NCBI GenBank assembly: GCA_032718475.1
Contig: JAUCBJ010007520.1
Span: 33,800-97,799 of the forward strand
Length of the DNA: 64,000 bases
Source of the DNA: Nemertoderma westbladi
Taxonomy: Eukaryota; Animalia; Xenacoelomorpha
Direction: 5' to 3'
Made by a program: the position numbers and the translations under genes
Notes under the pieces: generated by a model
Seen by the model: only the letters and a program-made list of their open reading frames with translations
The model's database searches: none
Told to the model about the DNA's origin: nothing
Part shown: positions 1 to 12,199 of the stretch, piece after piece
Numbering within the stretch: position 1 is the stretch's first letter
Layout of the letters: each line of letters opens with the position of its first letter

Positions 1-656
1 TGGGTAGTTCTTATGAAACGAACCACACTGTGGGTAGTTCTTATGAATCGAACCACACTGTGGGTAGACCTACAGGAATGAACCACACTGTAGGTAGACG
101 TACAGGAGTGAAACACAATGAAATGATCCACAATGTGGTTAGTTCTTATGAGACGAACCACAATATGGGTAGACCTACATGAATGATCCACAATGCGGGT
201 AGACGTACAGGAATAAACCACAATGTGGGTAGTTCTTATGAAACGAACCACACTGTGGGTAGACGTACAGGAGTGAACCACAATGAAATGAACCACAATG
301 TGGGTAGACGTACAGGAGTGAACCACAATTTAAATTTCAATCCGGGAAGGCCCGGGCCTTTATTTGGGATACATAGCAGATATTGATAGAATATATTTGC
401 ACCCCAACACAAATAACTACAGTACATAACACTATAGTACAGTACGAGAAAAAAAATATTTATGTTAATGTGATTAATGGCACCCACAGAAATGAACCAC
501 AATGTGGGTAGACCTACAGAAACGAACCACAATGTGGGTAGACCTACTGAAACGAACCACACTGTGGGTAGACCTACAGGAATGAACCACAATGTGGGTA
601 GTTCTTATGAAACGAACCACACTGTGGGTAGATCTACAGAAACAAACCACAATGTC
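1..656. repeat. 30-bp minisatellite array (core AACCACA[C/A]TGTGGGTAG plus a 13-nt variable half), block 1
   Basis: Repeated units aaccacactgtgggtag-ttcttatgaaacg / -acctacaggaatg / -acgtacaggagtg; interrupted at 330-486 by LINE 3'-UTR-like sequence; source of the spurious NHTVG ORFs. Confidence 0.95.
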
Positions 657-1404
657 ACCATGTCCGTGGTGGCGAGTTTGTCTTTAGCTGGACACGAAAT
701 ATTACCCTCGCCCCCTGTAGCTTGACCACGAAATCTGCAGGAGTTGCAGATCGTACAGATAACTGGGCAGACTTTAATATCGTGTCTTGACCGCGTGCAG
801 TACATGCAATATGGCATGCCTAAAGCAGATAAACAAGACTCAGCTTCGTGAAATGCGGACATACATATGTTTTCACATACGTCCCAAGTCTCAGGCATTC
901 CTTGTTATATCGGAAGTTTATCATTCGAATGGGAGTTTATCTTTCGATCTCCTCGTTTGATCGCAATGTTCTCGCTGAGACTGGCATACGCTCGGCTACT
1001 CCGAATTTGTTCGTCACTACGAAAGCCGATTTGAAATGATGTTGTTCGAAATTGGATGGAACCCGTTTGTCTCTGTATCCATTTAGCTTGTTCCAAATAC
1101 CAGTAGGTAATTCTCATCAGGTCGCGTGGCACCTCAGTTGTCACGGGTGCTGGTAACGACCTCTTTAAACCAGTATTTATCCTTGGCGATATCATTTGAG
1201 AAAATCAAAGTATATCCTCGGGAGCAGGTGGCAGGAAAGGTCTTCGACTTGTACTCGGCATTGCATATCCCAATCCTTACCTTCTGGTAACCGGTAGGGC
1301 AACATTGTTTCACATTTCCGTTTAAATGTATCGAACACTTGGGTGTTGTCCATAGACCTGGCAGGGCAGTCACCCGAGTTTCCTTCAGGCACCTTCACAT
1401 ACAA
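657..1404 (-). pseudogene. Fragment of a retroelement accessory gene with a triple zinc-knuckle region, embedded in the minisatellite
   Basis: ORF 605..898: CENICMSAFHEAESCL...CMYCTRSRHDIKVCPVICTICNSCRFRG aligns by eye with CDYCGRQTHLERSCL...CLYCCESSHRMGACPRLHNRCSKCNFRG of ORF 58427..59740; broken ORFs 905..1195 and 1192..1404 lie upstream on the same strand. Confidence 0.65.
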
Positions 1405-1958
1405 GAATGAACCACAATGAAATGATCCACAATGTGAGTAGTTCTTATGAAACGAACCACACTGTGGGTAGACCTACTGAAATGAACCACAATGAGGGTA
1501 GACCTACAGGAATGGACCACACTGTGGGTAGTTCTTATGAAACGAACCACACTGTGGGTAGACCTACAGGAATGATCCACACTGTGGGTAGACCGACAGG
1601 AGTGAACCACAATGAAATGAACCACCATGTGGGTAGTTCTTATGAAACGAACCACACTGTGGGTAGTTCTTATGAATCGAACCACACTGTGGGTAGACCT
1701 ACAGGAATGAACCACACTGTAGGTAGACGTACAGGAGTGAAACACAATGAAATGATCCACAATGTGGGTAGTTCTTATGAGACGAACCACAATATGGGTA
1801 GACCTACATGAATGATCCACAATGCGGGTAGACGTACAGGAATAAACCACAATGTGGGTAGTTCTTATGAAACGAACCACACTGTGGGTAGACGTACAGG
1901 AGTGAACCACAATGAAATGAACCACAATGTGGGTAGACGTACAGGAGTGAACCACAAT
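1405..1958. repeat. 30-bp minisatellite array, block 2
   Basis: Same units as block 1; 1630..2115 is a near-exact copy of 1..486 (offset 1629; identical 67-aa ORFs at 183 and 1812). Confidence 0.95.
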
Positions 1959-3685
1959 TTAAATTTCAATCCGGGAAGGCCCGGGCCTTTATTTGGGATA
2001 CATAGCAGATATTGATAGAATATATTTGCACCCCAACACAAATAACTACAGTACATAACACTATAGTACAGTACGAGAAAAAAAATATTTATGTTAATGT
2101 GATTAATGGCACCCAGTGGCTATTAGCTGTAGCAAAGCTAGTTTAGCTTACCACCATGCGCAAAAGTCATCTACATATTTGTGAAACTTGGGGTGGATTG
2201 GGAGATGGAGGGGGGGGGGGGGGGGGGGGGAACTCGATAGCACAACCCATTCCGAAACATCTGTTTATAAGAAAAAAATGCTTACTTCAGCGAGGAATTT
2301 ACCTTAGCTGGGACCTGTCTCGAGAATAAAAATGTTGAAAATTATACTGTATTTGTGATTTTATGCATCTTTAATTGTTATGTAAATTGATTATAACGAA
2401 TCAAGATATGTTATTTTTAGCTTGGTTGATAACGATTTTTTGGATTTAGAATTTTTTAAAACTGGGGGCAGTTCATTCCAGATTTTGGGGCCTGAAAACT
2501 TCAAAAATATTTTTGGGAAAGTTCTAGTCTAACGCGAGGAATAAAAAACTTCTGAGCTGATGCAGATCTAGTAAAGTGATGATGGATAGAGCTAGTGGGG
2601 CGAAATATGTCCTGTAGAGCTTTTATTTTATTAAACTTGTGTATATCGAACATAAATTTATTTACTTCGAGTTCAAACAATTTATCTAACGGAAGAATTT
2701 TGAGGGATTTATATATTGGTGCTGCATGGGCTTGGTAGTGACTGAAGGTAATGGCTCGAATTATTTTATTTACTTTAATTTTTATTTTCTTTACGTTTGT
2801 GTTATAACTGTTGCCCCATAAAGTAATGCCATAAAGTATGTGAGGGTGAACTAGCGCAAAATATAGAGTTCTAAGTATATTTAATGGTTGAGTATTGTAT
2901 ACCTTGGTTTACATAAATTGCAGTACCTCCCCTATCCCCTATCCCTCTTACCGTATTGTCGGTTAGTTACAATTGGATCATTGTTACCATCTACAGTATA
3001 TGTACTAAGGAGAGGTCTAATTCGTCAGTTAAGAAGGTTTCCGTAAAAGTAAGAATGTCGAACTGTGAATGTAATAAGTCTAAATAGTCAGTTGTTTGCT
3101 GTAGGTTTTTTTTGTAAACTGCGGCTGTTTAAGTGAAACACCGTCAGAGGTTTCTTGTTAGAATTGTGCTTTTGGAGTTCTAGAAGTGAGTTGAAGGCAC
3201 CAGTGTCAAGGTAATCAGAGCTATTAATGGATGAAATTATATTTCTGTCTTGGTCAATTGAGTTAAAATGGTTTTTACTGACGGTAAAGTCTTTGCAGTC
3301 TGTAGTGTCATTTTCGATTGGAAAGATATCGGTATCAGAATTCGGGGTGGCCGAGAAAGGAAACAGTTGCACGTAGCAGTATATACAGTATGTTTGAATA
3401 GTATTGGATGAGTTAGATACTGGCAGTGGAAGGTCAGACAATTCCAGACAGGTCCCGCAAGGATGGTGAAACATATTCTCACAAATTAAGCATTTTAAGG
3501 AAATTTCGGTTTGAGATACTATCGAGTAACAAAAGGAACAGGATGGGGTTAACCCTATTAAACCCGGGGTGTCAATATGACCCCCCCCCCCCCCCCCGTG
3601 GTTTTTTTATTATAATTCTGAAACAAACGCAGTTGGGAATCTGAAATTTTATGACTTTTCCTAAAAATCTATTATCTTCCTAGTA

Positions 3686-6600
3686 CATGAATTCCATGAG
3701 AAAACGGACATGGCATGTCAATTATTAAACCCCCCAATGTCTATTTTCAAATATGGGAGCTCTCAACTAATGTCCTGAAGTACTTAAAACAAGAAGAGTT
3801 TCGCCATGCCGACAATATGGCGCCGCTCGGCGCCTGTTTGAATACAAGCATATACTTACGGAAAATTTTTGTACATTTGCGTGTGATTTTAGCCATTATT
3901 TGAAGGTAGGTAAACAGAGAATGCCACATTTTCCCACAGATTTTGAAACCAATAATTGTAAGCTATTATAAGAGGCTGTGGTTGATTAAATATCAGCCAC
4001 GCTTATGGTGTTCTGTGCTCACAGGGATCAAAAAACCAAAGTATAAAAACGCAATTGCGAATTCTGAAATTCCGTAACGAAAAACATTACGAAAAACTTA
4101 CCTGTAGATGGATATTGGACATTGTGGGTTAAAAACAAGATTCCTCTTTCGGTTCATCAGTGTCAACCAGCCAGATGTTGTTCCGTAAATTATGATGCAT
4201 GTAAAGCTGAGAAAAAGCCATTACGGAATTTCAAAATATCGTTACGGAATTTCAAAATATCGTTACGGAATTTCGTTTTTGAAATTCCGTAACGAAATAT
4301 CCTGTAGGCCTACGTCTGGTATCGCCCAACTACAGTATCACAATTACTTTCGGTTTCTGTAGTCCACACATGGTGTAGGCTACCTAATTAGGCAGTCGCT
4401 GCTGTACTTACAAAGTTCATTTACCGGTAGTAAAATGGCAAAAACGAACGCTCAAAGGCAGCGTGAGTACAGGGAACGTAGAATCGAGAAAGATAAAGTG
4501 GGTTTCTTGAAACAAGAGAGTGAAAGGAAGGCAGCTAAACGAAAGTCGTTATCTCCACGTAGTCTAGACAAGTTGCGCAGGAGACAGAATACGAGTCTGC
4601 TGAAATGCCGCCGAAATAAGCTGACTGTATCTGCATCGACAGCGAAATCAGGCCATGCAGCTGGATATTCTACGTGCCAATCGCTAGGCAAAGCAGTTGC
4701 ACGAGTGAAACGCACTTTACCAAACAGCCCGCGGAAAAGAAAGGCCGTGATACGGAAGTTATCTCTGGACCAATCGTTGGTGAATGAACGGCCAGTAGTT
4801 GAAATTCATCGCCAACGTTTAAGTGACGAGGTCATCACCAAGGTTAAGCAGCATTACTTGTCGGATGAAATATCTCGACAGGCACCAGGCAAGGCAGATC
4901 AGATGTCTGTTTACGAAGATCGTGTAAAGGTTCATAAACAAAAGCGACATATGGTAATGACGCTGCGAGAGGCATATGAAGTCTATATTGAACAGCCAAA
5001 TGCTAAGGACGACATTGGGTTTTCCAAATTTTGCATGTTGCGTCCAGCACATGTCCTGCTGTCATCGCAGTTGCCGCGCAATGTATGCACATGCATTTAT
5101 CACCAGAACATCATCCGTTTAATGCAGGCACTGCATCGAGATATGCCAGATCAGTTTCCGTTGTATGGAGATGAATTTATCACTAAATGTGTTTGTGACG
5201 TGACCAATAATAAGTGCATGCATGGTCTGTGTGATATTTGCACTAATAAATTTGCTGCCTGCTACATTGATGATCTATCGCCAGCGACTACCAGTAAACC
5301 TTTCGTCTGGTGGGAATGGAAGAAAACCCTCCACGAGAACGGGATTGCAACGGCAATGCGACTGAGTCAGCGGCGAGGGACTGTTGCAGATGGAATAGAG
5401 ACCCTTGAAGCGATGTTACCGAAGTTTTTGGCTCATCATTTCATCAAGCGGAACCAGAGTGACTATTATGAAACAACTAAGGGCGAATCATCGGAAGATG
5501 CATTAATGCAACTCGACTTTGCTGAGAATTTCACCTGTAAATATCAGGATGAGGTGCAATCGGCTCACTGGAATGCACAACAGGTAGGCATATTTACAAG
5601 CGTTGTGTTTGCAAAGGGAACTGCTCACAATACGGTTGTAGTATCTGACTCACGTGAACACGAAAAGAAGACTGTGTCTGCGTGTGTTGTGAAGATCTTG
5701 GAACATTTAACGTTAGATGGACTTAAGACGTTGCACATATGGAGCGATGGACCTAGTTCACAGTTTAAGAATAAGTATATAATGTCGCTTGTCGGATGTG
5801 TGTTACCACACCTGTTTCCTACGCTCACTATTACATGGGATTAGTTTGCAACATCGCATGGGAAGGGGCCCTGTGATGCAGTTGGAGGTAGAGCAAAGGG
5901 AATGGTTCAGCGCGTGATTAACTCTCGGCGAATGATTGTCCAAGATGTTGAGTCATTTGCCACTGCTCTGCGCAGTGTTGACAAGAACACCAATGTGATT
6001 GTAATCACAGAGGCAGAGATTGCTGATTGGTGTTCGGAAAACACAGCTGAGTTGTGGCAGCGAGTCGAGGCAGTTCCCAATTGTCTCTCAATCCATCATG
6101 TTGAACCGCTTTTAAACAATGAAGCGATTAGCATCCGCCGCTATGGCAATGATACTACCACCAAGATCCACAGTTTCAGTAACATTCTTCCAAATGCAAA
6201 GGGACCCACCATACTCCACCCTGAAGAATCTGCCACAACTGTGGGGCTTAGTGAATTCAAAGAGGGCGATTATGTTGTCGTCAAGCACGGCGATTACAAA
6301 CCAGGTAAAATCGTCCAGATCTTAGGGTAATCTGCCAACGTCCTTGCAATGCAAAAGAGCGTTGGATATAGCTGGAAGTGGCCCGATACTGCAACAAGTA
6401 TATCCTGTAAACGGGGAGATATCGTCGTCGCCATTAAGGAACCAGCTGCTGTTAATAGTCGGGGAATGTATCGAATCCCTGAACTGGACTACTACTATAC
6501 TATGGCTTCTAGTTTTCTAGTAAATTAACTCGGTTCTACTGTTGGCCTACTGTATAATGTTGACTATAATATATCTGTCTGTCTCTATTTTGGATTTTCA

Positions 6601-7092
6601 CCTTTTGTAGTAAATGAATTCAGTTCAACTACATATTGACTATTTTCCCCATGTCTCACTGACTATACTTTCCAGAAGAAATTCCGTAACGTTCAGCTTT
6701 GAAATTCCGTAACGACAAGAAAATTTAGATTTGATAACCTAAATGAATTTCGTTGTGTAGTTTGTTGTGGATCTAATACATGCCACTTCACAGCTAACCC
6801 ACCCAAAGCTCATTAATTCAGAACAACCTCATAATTCGCAGAAATGTTTATCACAAAATTTTCAAAAATATGCTTGTCTTTTTCATGAAATTCCGTAACG
6901 ATGTTTAGACGCGACATGCTGCATGATTCACCAGTCTAAGAATTTAAAATTAACATTCAACAGTGTTGGCCATATGTCGCACTACGTTTACGTCATAATA
7001 GCTTGCATTGGCAATTGCAAACCAAGCTGCTATTTTGACCCAAAGTTTAGAAAACACGTGCGATTTGAAATTCCGTAACGATGGAATTCATG
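3686..7092 (+). mobile_element. Sola-like (DDD transposase) DNA transposon nested in the piggyBac-like element
   Basis: TIR CATGAATTCCAT...ATGGAATTCATG; 4-bp TSD AGTA (3682-3685, 7093-7096); many subterminal GAAATTCCGTAACG motifs in both orientations; superfamily label tentative. Confidence 0.75.
4435..6528 (+). pseudogene. Transposase of about 697 codons with two in-frame stops (5842 TAG, 6328 TAA)
   Basis: Basic N-terminus, C-x-C-x2-H and Cys cluster, catalytic motifs DFAENF, IWSDGPSSQFKNK, WD*FATSHGKGPCDAVGG; one frame through ORFs 4435..5844 and 5902..6330. Confidence 0.85.
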
Positions 7093-7289
7093 AGTAGTGA
7101 AAACCGTTTTTAAAAATATTGGGTACTTTTCGAGTTATTTTATTTATTTTTTAACCCTACTTTTGGCACTTTTTTTGAGACGTTTTTTGAAAATTACATT
7201 TCATTAAATATGAATTGTAACATCTCTATTTTTGATTTACACCGGTTTTTTGGTGTTAGAAATTTGATGGAATTCATATAAATTGATTT

Positions 7290-8010
7290 AGAAATTTCAA
7301 ACTTGTTTTTTTCGGTGGGTGCCAAATTTTGGTGCCAGCACCAAATTTTGAAATAAGCCAATTTTGTAAATTGATCGTTTGAAACTTGTTTTCACGCAAT
7401 TGGGGTTTTTTGGGTTTCTGGATTCGATGAAATATATACGAGTTGCACCAAGCGTATCAAACTTGTATTTTTCGGTGCTGTGTGCAAATTTTGGTGCTAG
7501 CACGAAATTTTGAAAATCCATTCAATAGATAATAAAATTGCTTGTGACAATTTATTTCTTGCGTTTTAGAGGTTTATGGCTGTTCTGAATTCAATGTAAA
7601 ATATAATTATCGAACTAGACATCTCAAACTTGTATTTTTCGGATGTGGGTGCAAAATGTGGTGCTAGCACCAAATTTTGAAAACCATCAAATATATCAAT
7701 TGATTGTGTCACCTTGTTTCTTGCGTTATACGGGTTTGTGATGGTTCTGAATTCAATGGAATCAATAAAAATTTCATAAGAGTTCTCAAACTTGTATTTT
7801 TCGCCGGTGGGTGAAAATTGTTGTGCCAGCACCAAATTTTGGAAAATATGCAAATTGATAAGTAGATAGTATCACCTTTTTTCTTGCGTTATACGGGTTT
7901 ATGAGGGTCCTGAATCCGATGGAATCAATAAAAACAGCACTGGACATCGCAAACTTGTACTTTTTGGTGATGGGTACGAAATTTGGTGCTAGCACCAAAA
8001 TTTGCCAAAT
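7290..8010. repeat. Diverged tandem repeat of about 163 bp (5 units) inside the piggyBac-like element
   Basis: CAAACTTGTATTTTTC...TTTGGTGC[C/T]AGCACCAAATTTTG recurs near 7298, 7458, 7625, 7787, 7950. Confidence 0.85.
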
Positions 8011-9655
8011 TACGCCGAAAAATACAAGTAGCAATGATCTGGCATATTAGAAATGTATTCCATTAGAATCAGCGCCCTCGAAAACCTGAAAATGTGAATT
8101 TATAGCATCGTATAAGTGAATTAAAAATTTTGTGTTCTAACTGAAAAGTGCTGGTTACTTGTTTTTTTCATTTTTTTCCTACGCAGAGAGGACTAAACAG
8201 CCATTATTAGTAATCATATCATTTTTTAATATTTTCCAATGTATTTTGCACCCCAGAAAACCTGTATTGAAAAATAATTAGCAGAAAATGTAACTTTCAA
8301 ATTTGGTGAAAATTGTGCACTACTTGTAATTTTGGTGCTGCAATACAACCACCCCAGTACATTTTTTCGAAAATTTTTTTTTTCGGTCGGATCCAGACAA
8401 GTGATACCTACGTACAAACAAAAAATCAGACGTTTTCGTAAATATTTGTAGATTTTAGAGGGGGGGGGGGGGGGGGGGGGGTCAATATGACCCCCTCTGG
8501 TATTTGTACAACATTTTATAGCCCGGTACTAATAGGGTTAAGGGGGGTGGCATATAACTAGGGTAAGTAAATCCTAATTATAACGAGAGGGAAACTAACA
8601 GATAATGGGGTATGGTGCGCAAGACAGTGCATGTTAGAAAATAATGAAGATGTGAAACCAAACCAAATACTGGTACCTATGAGTAGCCCATTAGTACAGA
8701 TTGAAATGAAATGGTGGTATGTTATGGATTATAATGATTTTCTAAATTAAGCCTGAAAGCTTAATTTAATTTTTGGAGAAATAATTCTGATTTGAGTGGA
8801 TAGAAGGATAATGGGGTGATAGGTGGGTTCCATATAACCAACTAAGGGATGAGGGTTATGGAATGAAAAGAAAATTAGTATTTTGATTAGTATTAGCATT
8901 AAATTTCTAAACGAATGTACGTTTACAAAATGTATATATCATATATATATAGGCCTAGATAAGCATAAAATACATAAAGAACCTCAGTAATACCAGATTA
9001 CCTTAGTTAAATCGTCCATTGCTATGCGATATCACAATAGAGAGACCTAGTATGGTACCAAAATCAGATTCACTCGTCGGGCAGATTTTCGAACCTGTTA
9101 CTAGCCGCTATGCGTTTGGAACCAGAAGTAGTTTTAGAAAAGCAGAGCGTCACATCACTCACATCGGAAGAAGGGTTCGACAACGAAAGTCGAAGCTCGT
9201 TCAAATCGGTTTGGTCGTTGATTGGCTCCGGAAGGCCACCCTTAACTCTACGAATAAAGATATCTCCGTTAAATGTGTAGGCACCGGCGAAATTGTATTT
9301 CTTCTTGAGCCTGGTGGCTTCCCGCAACAATGCGGCTCTCATTGGCGTTAGGTAGTCGTTGACATAGACATTTTTAGGTAGATTTTTCCGATTGGCAAAT
9401 AGGACATAGCGCGACGAATGGGCGATAAAGCGGATAATCACTGGACGACGTTTATCAGGTTTGAAAGTGCCAAGTCGATGAAATACGTCAACTTTCTCGA
9501 GGTTGACTCCAAGGTTATGGAGGAGCGTGGATACCTGGTTTCTGTCGTCGGACTTGTCCGGTAGTTCCTCGAAACCGTATAACCGAACATTGTTACGGCG
9601 AGCATGCTGCTCGCGTTGGTCACACTCTCGGCGTAGAGAGTTAACCTCCTCCTTA

Positions 9656-9740
9656 ATGAAATGAACCACAATGTGGGTAGTTCTTATGAAACAAAGCACA
9701 ATGTGGATAGACCTACAGGAATAAACCACACTGTGGGAAG
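9656..9740. repeat. 30-bp minisatellite array, block 3 (other side of the LINE)
   Basis: aatgaaatgaaccacaatgtgggtagttcttatgaaac units resume directly after LINE ORF1. Confidence 0.85.
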
Positions 9741-10698
9741 GCATACTGGAACCTTTTAGCGCATTTGATCAAGAAGCAGTTTACCCACAATTAAATTAGG
9801 TTTAATTCTCAAATTCTTTATTGTGTAAGTCATGTAAGTAATTTGTTTACCCAGAGTCCACACTCAAAAGAAATGGGTTATTTGATTTAATCACTTGGGC
9901 CACATCTGTTATACTGTACTTGGGTCGGGATGATTTATTAAAATTTGTGGGAAAATATTGAGAGTCAGAGAAGTGATATTTTGGGTTCTAAAACGTCACT
10001 TTAAAAATCAGTCCTGCGATTTTTATGGGACTCGGTGTGGGCTCTGATGTTTGATTTTGGGGGTAATTGAGGAAGATGGTGGAGTTCCGCTCATTCTAAA
10101 CGTCTTCCGCATTTAGAGATTCTAGATTTATCTAAGGATTCTTGTTCAATCTGTTCATCGCCGTCGCCAGCGCGTCTCTTCCTGAGAATCTGACTATTTT
10201 TTTCTTGAATACTAATCGCATTCTATAATTCTTCCTGTTGTTTTTTAGTTTGCAGAATTTTCAATTGAGCTGCCTGTGTGGCTGTTAAGAGTAACCGTTC
10301 CTTTTGTTTTTGTTCCCACAATAAAAGTTATTGTTCTCATTCTCGGTCTTGCTCCCTTTCTTTGTTCTCGTTCACGTACAAGAATTATTCTTTTTCTTTT
10401 TCCTGTTTTTGTATTTATTTTTCCTGCTCCGATTGCAAATGATATTGTTCTTCCTGAAGTTTCAATTCGCTTAGTTTATCCTTCTTTTCAGAATCAATTT
10501 ATTAATTGATATTAAATAAAACGATAATAACTTTAACTAAAAATATTAAACATCAATCAGCTGTTTTCATTTCTGCAGTACTTCTCATTTCCTGTTCTCA
10601 ATATTACAATTTTGGAATAAAACTATATTAATACGTGTGTTGTTTAAGTAATTTATATCATTAATAATTAATAAGCATTAATGTGACTTTTCAGTTTC

Positions 10699-11913
10699 TG
10701 TAAAAGCTTTTGCTGAATTGTCCGGTTATTTTTCCTTATTTTTCCCGTAAAATACTCTGTAGTTGGTTTACCAGGCATAAAAAGGCCGTGTCCTTGCTGT
10801 ACTGGTGTTTTAGCGGACATAAAAGCTATTTCTTCTGTATTTGTACTTTAGAGGACATAATCCGTAATTCCGTGACGTAAAAGCTCGATACTCTTGAAAA
10901 CAGTGTCGCTACCATGACGACGGCTAGCAGCTGATATTGCCACGTCGACGTTTCTTTGTTTCTCTGTTCTCTCGTTGTTCAGGTTGACCAATCAGAGCGT
11001 TTGTTATCTCTGTGTTGGAGGTATATACAGAAACTCAGTAGTTCAGTGTTATGTTTTTCCCCAGAGCCTAAGAACCGGCTTTGGCACCTCCGTGTTTCAG
11101 TTTTTAGTCTTACACTAGTAGGTTTAATTATAAAGGGCATATATCCTTTAACTGACCTGACTCATGGAATCACTGCTAACTGATCATACATACTGACTGC
11201 TGAAACATTGCAAACTCATAACAATCAGTGTTTTCATTGTTGTTTTATACTGCTATTTACCGTCAGTTCTTCATAATATGGTTGATGAATTATTATATTT
11301 GGAATAACGATAAATAACCCCGAAACCCAATATTCTTGATATACCGAAGGTAAGAGAGAAGGGTTACAGATAAACGATTGTGACTTATGTTAAAGTGGTT
11401 TGAAGTGAATCTAATGTTATTTGATAGACCCTACATGAGTCAGTCTGTGTTCCTTTTATATGTGACTAAAATCAGTGAAGATTGGCATATTAGTGTGCAG
11501 TATTGTGCAGCATTGTGTATGAGTGAGTCTGTTAAAGAAGCAATTCCTAAAGAATGCGCCATATATGTGAATTATAATTAAGCCATATCGTTGTGAGTAG
11601 TTTAAGTCATAACTCTGTTTATACAGATAAAGCGCCACGTCCTAAAGGAACTGTTAATATTACCGAAGGTGAATAATATTGTCAGAGATTATATAGTACT
11701 GTCAGTCGAATAATACATTAGGCTTACATAGCAATAAAATTAAACCGTCGAACCCAATCTCCCGGGAATATCCAGCGGGTGAATGATGGCGCACAGATTG
11801 GTTTCGACTAGTGTAGTGAATCAAATACTTGTCATAGACTAAAAACCGATTTAATATCTAGAAGACATCTTAATTTGGTGGGTTAAACTGCCAAAGGTCT
11901 GAAAGCGCGAACA
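10699..11913 (+). repeat. 5' LTR of element A
   Basis: TGTAAAAGC...GCGCGAACA; CCAAT near 10988, TATA-like GTATATAC near 11021, AATAAA near 11733. Confidence 0.95.
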
Positions 11914-11925
11914 TTAAAGGATATA
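11914..11925 (+). promoter_or_regulatory. Non-canonical primer-binding site TTAAAGGATATA, complementary to LTR segment 11140-11151
   Basis: Directly follows the LTR CA; no TGG; exact reverse complement TATATCCTTTAA lies in both LTRs. Confidence 0.6.
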
Positions 11926-12199
11926 GCTTCTTTGTTGCAGTAAGCAATAAAGTTGAAAGTACCGGTCAACCGGTAAACCTGAACCGGTACACTCTGTAGG
12001 TCAGTAGGCCTAACTGTTCTAACCGGTACTTCAGTATAAGTACACTAGTATTATTCGATTTGATTGTTGTATACCGATAGGCTGTTTAGGGGATTAGGGA
12101 TTGATCACCCCTTATACCTTTATATGGTTTACTTATTTCTGTCAAGTTTTATTTATTTGTAGGCCAGTATTGAACAGAAGGCGTGTAAGCCTGATCAGA

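Larger units (their letters stand above)
3553..8537. mobile_element. Non-autonomous piggyBac-like DNA transposon
   Basis: TTAA|CCCTATTA...TAATAGGG|TTAA; TSD TTAA at 3549-3552 and 8538-8541; subterminal GTCAATATGACCCCC at both ends; no piggyBac transposase seen. Confidence 0.8.
1959..9655 (-). mobile_element. CR1/L2-clade LINE, 5'-truncated, RT core deleted, split by the piggyBac-like insertion
   Basis: ORF1 9070..~9655 (EQHARRNNVRLYGFEE...HRLG...RPVIIRF...YVNDYLT); ORF2 start 3088..3500 with a Cys/His cluster and APE motif VFHLNSRSL; ORF2 C-terminus ~2390-2890 (LRTLYFALVHPHILYGITLWG...GPKIWNELP); AATAAA on the minus strand near 1990. Confidence 0.8.

Noticed and set aside
1-1958. CRISPR-like look of the 30-bp array (palindromic constant part plus variable part)
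   Set aside because: The variable part is only 13 nt and comes from 3-4 recurring types rather than unique spacers; no cas genes; eukaryotic context
183-2056. ORFs with NHTVG or HSCRST repeats
   Set aside because: Translation products of a repeat whose unit length is a multiple of 3
9760-10560. Coding-like texture on the minus strand and ORF 10276..10509
   Set aside because: Several stops and no recognisable motif or splice pattern; cannot be assigned
10956-11638. Small ORFs duplicated at 20621-21303
   Set aside because: They lie in the LTRs; their identity reflects LTR duplication, not coding constraint
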